Assembly: GCA_001779115.1 (NCBI GenBank)
Contig: MFJF01000012.1
Location: 33,142-97,141, forward strand
From: Candidatus Gottesmanbacteria bacterium RIFCSPHIGHO2_01_FULL_40_15
GTDB lineage: Bacteria > Patescibacteriota > Microgenomatia > 2-02-FULL-39-11
Direction: 5' to 3'
Length of the DNA stretch: 64,000 nucleotides
A program made the position numbers and the translations under genes. Under the pieces are notes generated by a model. The model saw only the letters and a program-made list of their open reading frames with translations. It was not told the origin of the DNA and ran no database searches. Shown one piece after another: positions 28,772 to 37,358 of the stretch (position 1 is the stretch's first letter; each line of letters opens with the position of its first letter).

Positions 28772-29550
28772 AAATGATACCTTTGGGAACCAACGGGTTT
28801 TTCTCAAGTTTTGACCGGCAGACTGCCTGTTTCGTGCTTCCTTATAAGGACCGGCTTTTAATTTTTGATGCAGGGTCGGGACTTTTCCGGTTGGGAGAGC
28901 CTGAGGGAAAAAAATTATTAAGAAATGCCAAATACATCGATATATTTTTATCCCATTACCATTTTGACCATACCTTCGGTTTTTATGCCGCATTCAACCT
29001 TTTTGAAAAGAAAAATGTAACCGTTTATGCCCGATCAGACAGAAAAGTATTTTCAGATTTTTCTTTTCTTGAATATTTTCCGATTAATTATGATAAAGAA
29101 TTTATCAATTTCAGCTGGAAAGCCGTTGATAAAGGCACATATTCTTTAAGCGGATACAAAATGAGGATAAGGAGGCAGAACCACCGGGGCGAGGTCAGTT
29201 TAGCGTTTACAATTGAGTTTCCCGGGGGAAAAACAATTGCATATGTAACTGACGGCGAGCCGATACAGGAAAGCGTTGAATTTGTCAGAGGTGTTAATCT
29301 TCTTTTACATGAGCATGAACCCGGCAGCAAAGAAGCCAAAAGTAAAAAACTAGAAGATCATATCCGGGACGGGCATGTGACAACGGAAGGCGCGGCTTTG
29401 ATCGCCAGGGAAGCGGCAGTGAAAAGATTATATTTAATCCATCATAACCCCTTTCTTGATAATGAAAAGTTGGAAAAAGAATTGACGAAGATAAAACCGA
29501 TTTTTAAAGAAAGTAAACTTGCAAAAGATTTGGAAGTGATTGAGTTTTAA
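28768..29550 (+). CDS. Metallo-beta-lactamase-fold hydrolase (RNase Z/BN-like)
   Basis: LGTNG, DAGSG, SHYHFDH, TD, GH and LIHH. Confidence 0.85.
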   Translation: MKMIPLGTNGFFSSFDRQTACFVLPYKDRLLIFDAGSGLFRLGEPEGKKLLRNAKYIDIFLSHYHFDHTFGFYAAFNLFEKKNVTVYARSDRKVFSDFSFLEYFPINYDKEFINFSWKAVDKGTYSLSGYKMRIRRQNHRGEVSLAFTIEFPGGKTIAYVTDGEPIQESVEFVRGVNLLLHEHEPGSKEAKSKKLEDHIRDGHVTTEGAALIAREAAVKRLYLIHHNPFLDNEKLEKELTKIKPIFKESKLAKDLEVIEF

Positions 29551-30098
29551 AAAAAGCGGGGAACTCTTTTTTTGTAGGCCAAATACTCATTGCCAAAATA
29601 TTTTTCCAGAAGTATTTCTTCGATTAAGACGGCTTTTTTTATAAGAGTGAATAAGGGAATAACCAGAAGAACCAGATAACTAGACAGTGAAATTTCGATT
29701 CCGGCAAAGAAAAGCATAAGACCCAAATAAATAGGATTTCTGGTGTATGAAAAAGGACCGAAAGTCACCAACTTTTTTTGTTTTTTTACATCGTGCTGTG
29801 CCGGCGGACCCCAATTTACTTTCATGGTTAATTTAGCCCAGACGCAAAGAATCAATCCGGAAATATTAATGAGCAGTCCGCCAATTGAAAGATAAGTTAA
29901 ACGGACGGCAGGTAAATATGTCGAATTGATAATTGTGAAGATTTGGAGGTATAAAAGAAGACCGAGGGACCAAATAAAAAAAGTTCTGATTTTTTTCAGA
30001 TTATTCAAGTAATCTCTGAAGGATAAGGAAGAGGTAATCAACCAGATAAGCTGGAGTATAAGAAAATTTATAAGCAAGATAACTTTTATTCCGTTCAT
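29547..30098 (-). CDS. Isoprenylcysteine carboxylmethyltransferase/PEMT-family membrane methyltransferase
   Basis: LVTFGPFSYTRNPIY, EE..L...FG.EY..YKKRVPRF. Start placed at MNGIKV, 9 nt after TATAAT. Confidence 0.85.
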   Translation of the reverse strand: MNGIKVILLINFLILQLIWLITSSLSFRDYLNNLKKIRTFFIWSLGLLLYLQIFTIINSTYLPAVRLTYLSIGGLLINISGLILCVWAKLTMKVNWGPPAQHDVKKQKKLVTFGPFSYTRNPIYLGLMLFFAGIEISLSSYLVLLVIPLFTLIKKAVLIEEILLEKYFGNEYLAYKKRVPRFF

Positions 30099-30156
30099 GT
30101 TAAGATCATTATAACAATCTGTTTTGACATTTGTGGTATGATATACGGAATTTAAT

Positions 30157-30428
30157 AAAGGCGATGATCCGGAGGGTTGGAACCGGGGAGCTGCCCCTTT
30201 AAAATCGGGGACGGAGGCGAAACCGTATCCTCCTTCGCTTAAGCGTCGGAGGACAAAGAAAGTCAGCAACGAGTGTTGCTTCTCAAAGTTCAGTACAAGC
30301 GCGAAGATAAAGCTCGTCAAGAATAAGCCCTGTACCGTCCGGAACGGGGGAAACAAGGTGGCACAGCGAAATGATATTTCGCCCTTGAATGTTCAGTTTT
30401 TATTTCTGAATATTTGAGGGCTTTTTTT
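30157..30428 (+). ncRNA. T-box riboswitch (Trp) with ultrashort Stem I and a transcriptional terminator
   Basis: Stem I GGCGATGATCCGG-AGGGTTGGAA-CCGGGGAGCT; antiterminator CAAGG-TGGCACA-GCGAAAT/ATTTCGC-CCTTG; overlapping 16-bp terminator plus T7; upstream of trpB and trpS. Confidence 0.88.
30381..30428 (+). terminator. T-box leader terminator
   Basis: GCCCTTGAATGTTCAG/CTGAATATTTGAGGGC followed by TTTTTTT. Confidence 0.88.
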
Positions 30429-30512
30429 ATGAAGAAAAAACTTAATCATTTTTTATGGGGAGTAGTTTATCCGAGAAGCGGATGGCGTTTTTGTTGGCGG
30501 CAAACAGTTTAA
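30429..30512 (+). CDS. Putative Trp-rich leader peptide (27 aa)
   Basis: MKKKLNHFLWGVVYPRSGWRFCWRQTV*, with three TGG codons, between the T-box terminator and trpB. Confidence 0.5.
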   Translation: MKKKLNHFLWGVVYPRSGWRFCWRQTV

Positions 30513-30540
30513 CAGTTATTAAGTTTTAAAAATTTTAACT

Positions 30541-31851
30541 ATGAGAGCAAAAATAATATTGGAAGAAAATGAATTACCGGAAAATTTTATAAACATTAAT
30601 TATTACCTGAAAAAATTTTTGGGAAAATTACCCGATCCACCGCTAAATCCGGAAACGCATAAACCGGTTGGAGCAGCTGACCTGGAGGCTATTTTTGCCA
30701 AAGAATTAATAAAACAGGAAGCAACACTCAAGGAGGTTGTCGGTATTCCTGAGGAGGTCAGAAAGAAAATGTCGGGTTACCGGCCAACACCTTTGTTCCG
30801 GGCCGGGTCTTTGGAGAAAATTCTGGATACTCCGGCCCATATTTATTACAAATATGAAGGTGCAAGTCCGGTAGGCAGTCATAAAATGAATACAGCTCTG
30901 GTGCAGGCATATTATAACCGGAAGCAAGGAATAAAAACTCTGATAACCGAAACAGGTGCCGGACAATGGGGGTCGGCGTTAAGTTTGGCCTGTTTTTACT
31001 TCGGGCTTAAGTGTCTGGTATTTATGGTGAGGATTTCATATGACCAAAAACCTTACAGAAAGACTGTTATGAATATTTACGGAGCCGAAGTAAGACCGAG
31101 TCCGTCAGCGACAACCGAATACGGAAAATTGTTATTAAAAGATAATAAAAATCACGCGGGCAGCCTGGGAATTGCCATAAGCGAAGCTCTGGAATCGGTT
31201 GTCAAAGGAAGGGAAGCGAGATATTCTTTAGGAAGCGTTTTGAATCATGTCCTTTTACATCAGACAGTAATCGGACAGGAAGCAAAAAAGCAGATGGAGA
31301 AGACAGGCGAATATCCGGATATTATTATCGGTTGTTGCGGCGGAGGAAGCAATTTTGCCGGTATCGCCTTTCCTTTCCTGGCAGACGGATTGAAAGGAGA
31401 ACGGGAAAATACAAAATTCATCGCGGTAGAACCGGAAAGTTGTCCATCGTTAACCCACGGAGCATACCGGTATGATTTTGGTGATTCAGCACAAATGACA
31501 CCGCTTCTCAAAATGAAAACACTGGGAAGCGATTTCATTCCGTCACCGATTCATGCGGGAGGATTAAGATATCACGGAGTGGCACCTCAAGTTGCCTTTT
31601 TACATGAGGAAGGATTAATTGATTCCAAGACTTACGGACAGCCGGAAGTATTTAAGGCGGCAATAATATTTGCCAGAAGTGAGGGTATTATTCCCGCTCC
31701 CGAATCGGCACATGCCATTAAAGCGGCAATCGATGAGGCGATTAGAGCCAGAGATGAAGGAAGGAAAAAAGTTATCCTTTTTAATCTCTCCGGACACGGA
31801 TTGCTGGATTTGGGTGGATATGAAGGCTATCTGGCGGGACATTTAAAATAA
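30541..31851 (+). CDS. trpB: Tryptophan synthase beta subunit, TrpB2 type (stand-alone)
   Basis: GSHKMN (PLP Lys), TETGAGQWG, GSVLNHVLLHQ, GGGSNFAG, IHAGGLRYHG and FNLSGHG. No trpA in the window. Confidence 0.93.
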   Translation: MRAKIILEENELPENFININYYLKKFLGKLPDPPLNPETHKPVGAADLEAIFAKELIKQEATLKEVVGIPEEVRKKMSGYRPTPLFRAGSLEKILDTPAHIYYKYEGASPVGSHKMNTALVQAYYNRKQGIKTLITETGAGQWGSALSLACFYFGLKCLVFMVRISYDQKPYRKTVMNIYGAEVRPSPSATTEYGKLLLKDNKNHAGSLGIAISEALESVVKGREARYSLGSVLNHVLLHQTVIGQEAKKQMEKTGEYPDIIIGCCGGGSNFAGIAFPFLADGLKGERENTKFIAVEPESCPSLTHGAYRYDFGDSAQMTPLLKMKTLGSDFIPSPIHAGGLRYHGVAPQVAFLHEEGLIDSKTYGQPEVFKAAIIFARSEGIIPAPESAHAIKAAIDEAIRARDEGRKKVILFNLSGHGLLDLGGYEGYLAGHLK

Positions 31852-31871
31852 TGTAAATACAGAAGATAGTT

Positions 31872-31905
31872 CACCCCGGAAGAGGAGAATGTTACTTCCG
31901 GGGTG
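31872..31905. repeat. 11-bp perfect inverted repeat between trpB and trpS
   Basis: CACCCCGGAAG-N12-CTTCCGGGGTG. Confidence 0.7.
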
Positions 31906-31934
31906 GAATTTATATAATATAAGCAGGAGAAAAA

Positions 31935-32954
31935 ATGAACACAGTTAAAAAGAGAATTTTATCCGGAATAACGCCGTCGGGAGACGGTTCGCTACATATC
32001 GGAAATTATTTGGGAGCAGTCAGGCAATTTGTCGAGCTTTCTAAAAATAATGAATGTTTTTTGTTTGTAGCTGATATACATGCTCTGACGACAATTCAAC
32101 GAAAAGATGAATTGAGGGCAAATATTGAAACTCTAATTTTGAATGAGCTAGCTCTTTTGGGAGACCTGTCGAACATCATTTTTTTCAGACAGTCGGATGT
32201 GCCGATGCATACCGAACTTCAGACAATACTGAATAATATCACTCCTTTGGGACTTATTAAAAGAGCACATGCCTATAAGGATAAACTTGAGAAGGGAGTC
32301 GAAGAGGAAGAGGTTAACATGGGTCTTTTTTCTTATCCGGTACTGATGGCGGCTGATATTTTAATGTATAAACCTGATTTGGTACCGGTCGGCCGAGACC
32401 AGAAGCAGCATATTGAGATAACCCGGGATATAGCCGAGAGATTTAACAGGACATTTAAATCTAAAATCTTTCCATTGCCTGAGCCGTATATTCCGGAAGA
32501 GGCGGCGGTTATCATGGGAACGGACGGCAAAAGGAAGATGAGCAAGTCTTTGGGTAACTTTATCAGCATTTTTGAAGATGAGGCTGTTATAAAAAAACAG
32601 GTAATGTCAACATATACAGATCCAACCAGAAAGCACGTAACCGACCCCGGACATATTGAAGGGAATATGGTATTTAATTATCTGGATTTTTTCACAGAGA
32701 AGGAAGAGGTAATGATGTATAAGGAAAAATACCGCCAGGGGAAAGTGGCCGATGTGGAAGTTAAAAACTATTTGTTTGAATCCCTGATGAAATATTTTGC
32801 CCCGGCCAGAATGCGATATGAGGAGTTGAAGAATAGCCCGGATTCTGTCAAAAAGATTATACAAACCGGAGCGGAAAGAGCGAGGGAAGTGGCGGAAAAG
32901 ACAATAAATGAAGTAAGAGCAACAATCGGATTAACCAATAAATATTCTTTTTAA
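31935..32954 (+). CDS. trpS: Tryptophanyl-tRNA synthetase
   Basis: HIGN, YPVLMAADI, VPVGRDQKQH and KMSKS. Confidence 0.97.
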   Translation: MNTVKKRILSGITPSGDGSLHIGNYLGAVRQFVELSKNNECFLFVADIHALTTIQRKDELRANIETLILNELALLGDLSNIIFFRQSDVPMHTELQTILNNITPLGLIKRAHAYKDKLEKGVEEEEVNMGLFSYPVLMAADILMYKPDLVPVGRDQKQHIEITRDIAERFNRTFKSKIFPLPEPYIPEEAAVIMGTDGKRKMSKSLGNFISIFEDEAVIKKQVMSTYTDPTRKHVTDPGHIEGNMVFNYLDFFTEKEEVMMYKEKYRQGKVADVEVKNYLFESLMKYFAPARMRYEELKNSPDSVKKIIQTGAERAREVAEKTINEVRATIGLTNKYSF

Positions 32955-33126
32955 AGGGGTTAACCTTTTCTTCCTTAAACAGAAATGCAAGCGGGAGACG
33001 GATACAGAGTTTTACGGGAAGAGATTTTTTACAGAATTGTTATATTAATGCAGCTCTAATTTAATATAGGGTTGTTAGCCTGATTAGTTCCTCTGCCTCC
33101 CTGTTTAGTTCCGGATAAAATTTATT

Positions 33127-34038
33127 ATGCCCAGAAAAGAAGAATTTCAGCAAGCTGATATATTTGTGGAAGAAAAAATTCAACCGGTTAATGACGGGAA
33201 GATCGGCAGTCCCTTTAACGGTGCAGTTGATGCGGTTGTCAGTCAACCGGGAGAAAAAACCATAAATGAACCGGATGGGACAGTTAGGACAAACAACGGA
33301 AGCGGTGTTAATAACAAGCCAAATGAAATAACAATAAACAGTGGAAACGGACATCAACCGGATGAATTAAGAGGTGAAATAAATTTTCCACCGCCTGATG
33401 AAATAAATGGCAGGGATGAGGGAAAAAATGATGAGATAATATTCCATCAAGCTAAAAACAAGAGTATTGTTCCAAACGGAAGAGGAGATAACGGTAAAAA
33501 GCAGGCAATTACCAAGGGAGAAATTGATTTTAATAAGCTATCAAAATTATATGAAAAAAACAAAGTATTAGTTACAGGATATTTATACAACCATCTTAAA
33601 AACCGATCTACTGCCGAAGAATTAGCTTCCGAGGTGTGGTTAAGAGTGATCACAAATATCGGGAGATTCAGGGCAGAAAATGACGGCAGTTTTAAAGCAT
33701 GGTTAATGAGGATTACCTCGAATTTACTCGTTGACCATTACAGGACATCCGTGCACCGGAATCATGTTGAATTGGAGGATTATAAAGTTACCGATAATAA
33801 AATTGAGGATATCGAAGAAAAAATTGACAGAAGTGAGTTATTTGAACTAATCGATTCTATTGTCAGAAATTTATCCGGTGATGATGTAGAAATATTTCAA
33901 TTGATGAGAAAAAACTTATCCTCTTCAGAAATAGGGGTGATTATCAATAAAAAACCCGGGGCGGTAAGAGTGTGGAAACACAGATTATTGGGTAAAATAC
34001 GAGAAAGATTAGATGAACTGGGGATTTATGATTATTAA
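33127..34038 (+). CDS. ECF-type sigma factor with a long N-terminal extension
   Basis: Region 2 (AEELASEVWLRV...SFKAWLMRITSNLLVDHYR) and region 4 (EIGVIINKKPGAVRVWKHR). Confidence 0.8.
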   Translation: MPRKEEFQQADIFVEEKIQPVNDGKIGSPFNGAVDAVVSQPGEKTINEPDGTVRTNNGSGVNNKPNEITINSGNGHQPDELRGEINFPPPDEINGRDEGKNDEIIFHQAKNKSIVPNGRGDNGKKQAITKGEIDFNKLSKLYEKNKVLVTGYLYNHLKNRSTAEELASEVWLRVITNIGRFRAENDGSFKAWLMRITSNLLVDHYRTSVHRNHVELEDYKVTDNKIEDIEEKIDRSELFELIDSIVRNLSGDDVEIFQLMRKNLSSSEIGVIINKKPGAVRVWKHRLLGKIRERLDELGIYDY

Positions 34039-34094
34039 TATTAATCTTTAACTTACCTTGTTTGAGCTTCTGTTTTAGGCTATAATTTAACTTC

Positions 34095-34433
34095 ATGAAA
34101 AAGGACGAGCTGATACTTGCCGATTTCCAAAAAACTGACTTGCGGGTCGGCAAAGTGGTTGAGGCTGAAGCCGTTGAAGGATCGAAAAATCTGTTACGAC
34201 TTAAGGTTAACCTCGGCTATGACTACGGAGTAAGACAAATAATTTCAGGAATTGCCCGCTGGTATAAACCTGAAGAATTAAGAGATAAAAAATTCATATT
34301 TGTAGCTAATTTGGAAGGGAAGAAACTGATGGGTGAAGAGAGTAAAGGGATGATAGTATGCGCTGATTATGACCATACGGCAGTACTGGTGCCTGTTGAT
34401 GATAACATTCCCGAAGGGACAATATTGAGATAA
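34095..34433 (+). CDS. OB-fold tRNA-binding protein (Trbp111/CsaA/MetRS C-terminal-like)
   Basis: DFQKTDLRVGKV, RQIISGI, NL..KKLMGEESKGM. Confidence 0.88.
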   Translation: MKKDELILADFQKTDLRVGKVVEAEAVEGSKNLLRLKVNLGYDYGVRQIISGIARWYKPEELRDKKFIFVANLEGKKLMGEESKGMIVCADYDHTAVLVPVDDNIPEGTILR

Positions 34434-34441
34434 AAAAAATA

Positions 34442-36322
34442 ATGGCAACAAACAACAATAATAATAAAAAGAAAAAAAGTAAAAAACTATTTGAATTCCG
34501 GCTTAATTTTACCCCGAAAAATATTTTTCTGTGGTCGATAATATTTCTTATCATGCTTTTCATATTTATGTCGGCAAGGGATTTATCAAACCTTTTTCCG
34601 GAAAAACCACTGTCGGGATTAATTACGGATGTGAGAAATGGCAAAGTTGATAAAATAGAAGTAGTCGGAGACAAGTTGCTGGCAACTTATACCGACGGAA
34701 AAGTATACACATCAATAAAAGAAAGCCAGGATTCTTTATACAATATTTTAACCGATGCCCAAATAGATCCGAATAAAGTTGAAGTTGAGATAAAAGACAC
34801 TTCAGGAGGAACGGTCTGGTTTAATATACTATCCAATGTTTTACCGCTTCTTCTTATGGTCGGGTTTTTTCTCTTTCTTATAAGACAGGCAAGAGGAGCC
34901 CAGGATTCAATATTTTCCTTCGGGCAATCTAAAGCAAAACTTTTCTCCAAAGACCATCCGAAAATAACTTTTGCTGATGTAGCGGGAGTAGACGAAGCTA
35001 AGGAGGAACTTGAGGAAGTAGTTGATTTCCTGAAACACCCCCAGAAATACAGGGCACTGGGAGCCAGAACTCCGAAAGGTGTAATACTGGTGGGACCTTC
35101 CGGAACGGGAAAAACACTGTTGGCCAGGGCATTGGCCGGTGAAGCAGGAGTGCCATTTTTTTCCATGGCAGGAAGTGAATTTATGGAAATGCTGGTCGGA
35201 GTCGGAGCCAGCCGTGTCCGTGATTTGTTCAATACGGCCAAGAAGAATTCTCCGGCAATTGTGTTTATTGATGAAGTTGATGCCATCGGCCGGATGAGAT
35301 CAATCGGAGTTGTCGGCGGACATGATGAGAGAGAGCAGACTTTAAACCAGATTCTGGTGGAAATGGACGGATTTACACCCAATGAACATGTAGTCATAGT
35401 TGCAGCGACAAACCGGGGAGATTTATTGGATCCGGCCCTTTTGAGACCGGGAAGATTTGACAGGAGAGTTGTTTTGGATTTGCCTGATTTGGAAGGCAGG
35501 AGAGCAATATTGAAGATTCATGCCAAAGGAAAACCGATGGTTCGCGATATTGATTGGGATAAGGCAGCCAAAAGAACCGTCGGATTTTCAGGAGCTGATT
35601 TGGAAAACATGCTGAATGAGGCAGCTATTCAGGCAGCCAGAAAAAATAAAACAGAGATAGAATTTTCCGATATCGAAGAAGCAGCAACAAAAGTCAAACT
35701 CGGGCCTGAGAAAAAGCGGTTGCAGACTGATCTGGATAGAAAAATGACAGCTTATCATGAAGCAGGACATGCCATTGTCACTTACGCTTTACCAAATATG
35801 GACCCGGTTCACCGGATATCGATTGTTTCCAGAGGAATGGCGCTGGGATTCACTTTAATTCCACCACAAAGAGACAGAATACATGAGACAAAAACACATT
35901 TACTGGAACAGATTACTTCCATGATGGGCGGAAGAGCGGCAGAGGCACTTATTTTTTCAGAGATGACTTCGGGGGCGGCCAATGATATAGATAAGGCGAC
36001 AATGCTGGCTAAAAACATGGTGGTTGAATACGGTATGTCCGATCTTGGTCCGATTAATTTCGGTCCGACTGTTGATACGACTGAATGGGGAGGCAGATAT
36101 ATGATGGACTCCAAAATTTCTCCGGATATGCAGAGTAAAATAGACAGCGAAGTGAAAAAAATAATCGATAAAAGTTACCAAAAGGCTACGTCTATTCTTA
36201 GTAAAATGAAGGATAAACTTGACAGGGTAGCTGAGGAACTAATTAAGAAAGAAACTTTGGAAGGCGAAGAATTTGAGAAAATTGTCGGTACGAAACCGGC
36301 TTTGGCGAAAATTAATTCCTGA
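34442..36322 (+). CDS. ftsH: ATP-dependent zinc metalloprotease FtsH
   Basis: Two TM helices, GPSGTGKT, DEVD, RPGRFDR and HEAGH. Confidence 0.98.
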   Translation: MATNNNNNKKKKSKKLFEFRLNFTPKNIFLWSIIFLIMLFIFMSARDLSNLFPEKPLSGLITDVRNGKVDKIEVVGDKLLATYTDGKVYTSIKESQDSLYNILTDAQIDPNKVEVEIKDTSGGTVWFNILSNVLPLLLMVGFFLFLIRQARGAQDSIFSFGQSKAKLFSKDHPKITFADVAGVDEAKEELEEVVDFLKHPQKYRALGARTPKGVILVGPSGTGKTLLARALAGEAGVPFFSMAGSEFMEMLVGVGASRVRDLFNTAKKNSPAIVFIDEVDAIGRMRSIGVVGGHDEREQTLNQILVEMDGFTPNEHVVIVAATNRGDLLDPALLRPGRFDRRVVLDLPDLEGRRAILKIHAKGKPMVRDIDWDKAAKRTVGFSGADLENMLNEAAIQAARKNKTEIEFSDIEEAATKVKLGPEKKRLQTDLDRKMTAYHEAGHAIVTYALPNMDPVHRISIVSRGMALGFTLIPPQRDRIHETKTHLLEQITSMMGGRAAEALIFSEMTSGAANDIDKATMLAKNMVVEYGMSDLGPINFGPTVDTTEWGGRYMMDSKISPDMQSKIDSEVKKIIDKSYQKATSILSKMKDKLDRVAEELIKKETLEGEEFEKIVGTKPALAKINS

Positions 36323-36377
36323 GCGGGTGAAAGAATATTACTGAAAGTTAAGTTACCTTCATGCTAAAATAAGCCCC

Positions 36378-37355
36378 ATGCAGAAACTGGTCTTAATTGA
36401 CGGGCATGCAATTCTTCACCGGGCATACCATGCTTTACCTGCATTAACAACCAGCTCGGGACAACCGATTAATGCCATTTACGGCTTTTTGTTGATGCTT
36501 TTGAGGACAATTGCCGATTTGAAGCCAACCCATATGGCAATAACTTTTGACAGGCCCAAGCCGACTTTCAGGAAAAAACTTTATAAGGAATATCAGTCAC
36601 AAAGGCCGGAAATGGAAAAAGAACTGATTGATCAGGTGGAGTTAATTCACAAAGTCATTAAAACCATCGGATTGCCGATTTATGAACTGGACGGATTTGA
36701 GGCGGATGATATTATCGGTACTATCAGCGATCAGGTTTATAGAGGAGAAATCAAGAAAGAAATAGGATCAGAGGATGAAAAACCAGAAGTGGTGATTGTG
36801 ACCGGAGACAGGGATATTTTGCAGTTGGCCCGTGACAGCGTAAAAGTTTATATGCCGGTTAAAGGAATTTCCGAAGCAAAACTTTACTCTAAAGAGGACG
36901 TTTTCGAAAAATACGGTATTTCACCCGATCAAATAGCAGATTATAAAGGACTTATTGGGGACGCTTCGGATAATTATTCCGGTGTTTCAGGAATCGGGCC
37001 TAAAACGGCAGTTTCACTTCTTTCCAAATTCGGATCAGTTGAGAAGATATATACTAATTTGGACAGTTTAGATGGAAAGGTAAAAGAGAAATTGGAGAAA
37101 GGGAAGGATGCCGCTTATTTATCAAAAAAACTGGCCACCATTGTGACAGATGTTCCCATTGAATTTGATTGGAAAAGCAGTAAGATCCCCAGTCTTGACA
37201 GGCCTGACATACGGGCGATATTTGAGGAGCTGGAGTTTAGAAGTTTGATTCCAAGACTGTCAGGACAGGATATAAAAGAGACAAAAAAAATTAATAAAAA
37301 AGAAGCAATTAAAAAAGATGAAAATAAAAAAGTGGAGCAAAAAACTTTATTTTAA
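36378..37355 (+). CDS. Stand-alone 5'-3' exonuclease/flap endonuclease (PolI N-terminal-like)
   Basis: LIDG, RAYHA, FEADD, TGDRD, GDASDN and GIGPKTA; no polymerase domain. Confidence 0.9.
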   Translation: MQKLVLIDGHAILHRAYHALPALTTSSGQPINAIYGFLLMLLRTIADLKPTHMAITFDRPKPTFRKKLYKEYQSQRPEMEKELIDQVELIHKVIKTIGLPIYELDGFEADDIIGTISDQVYRGEIKKEIGSEDEKPEVVIVTGDRDILQLARDSVKVYMPVKGISEAKLYSKEDVFEKYGISPDQIADYKGLIGDASDNYSGVSGIGPKTAVSLLSKFGSVEKIYTNLDSLDGKVKEKLEKGKDAAYLSKKLATIVTDVPIEFDWKSSKIPSLDRPDIRAIFEELEFRSLIPRLSGQDIKETKKINKKEAIKKDENKKVEQKTLF

Positions 37356-37358
37356 AGC

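Noticed and set aside
30178..30182. GGA (Gly) as the T-box specifier
   Set aside because: The downstream genes are trpB and trpS, and the UGGC bulge fits a G73 discriminator (Trp) rather than U73 (Gly).
30099..30356. 86-aa N-terminal extension of the 29547..30356 ORF
   Set aside because: It is the antisense of the T-box leader. The methyltransferase fits a start at 30098 with TATAAT 9 nt upstream.
34687..35397. 236-aa antisense ORF, and similar ORFs at 10647-11135, 52113-52823 and elsewhere
   Set aside because: Shadow frames of conserved genes (ftsH, rbcL and others) with no motifs of their own.
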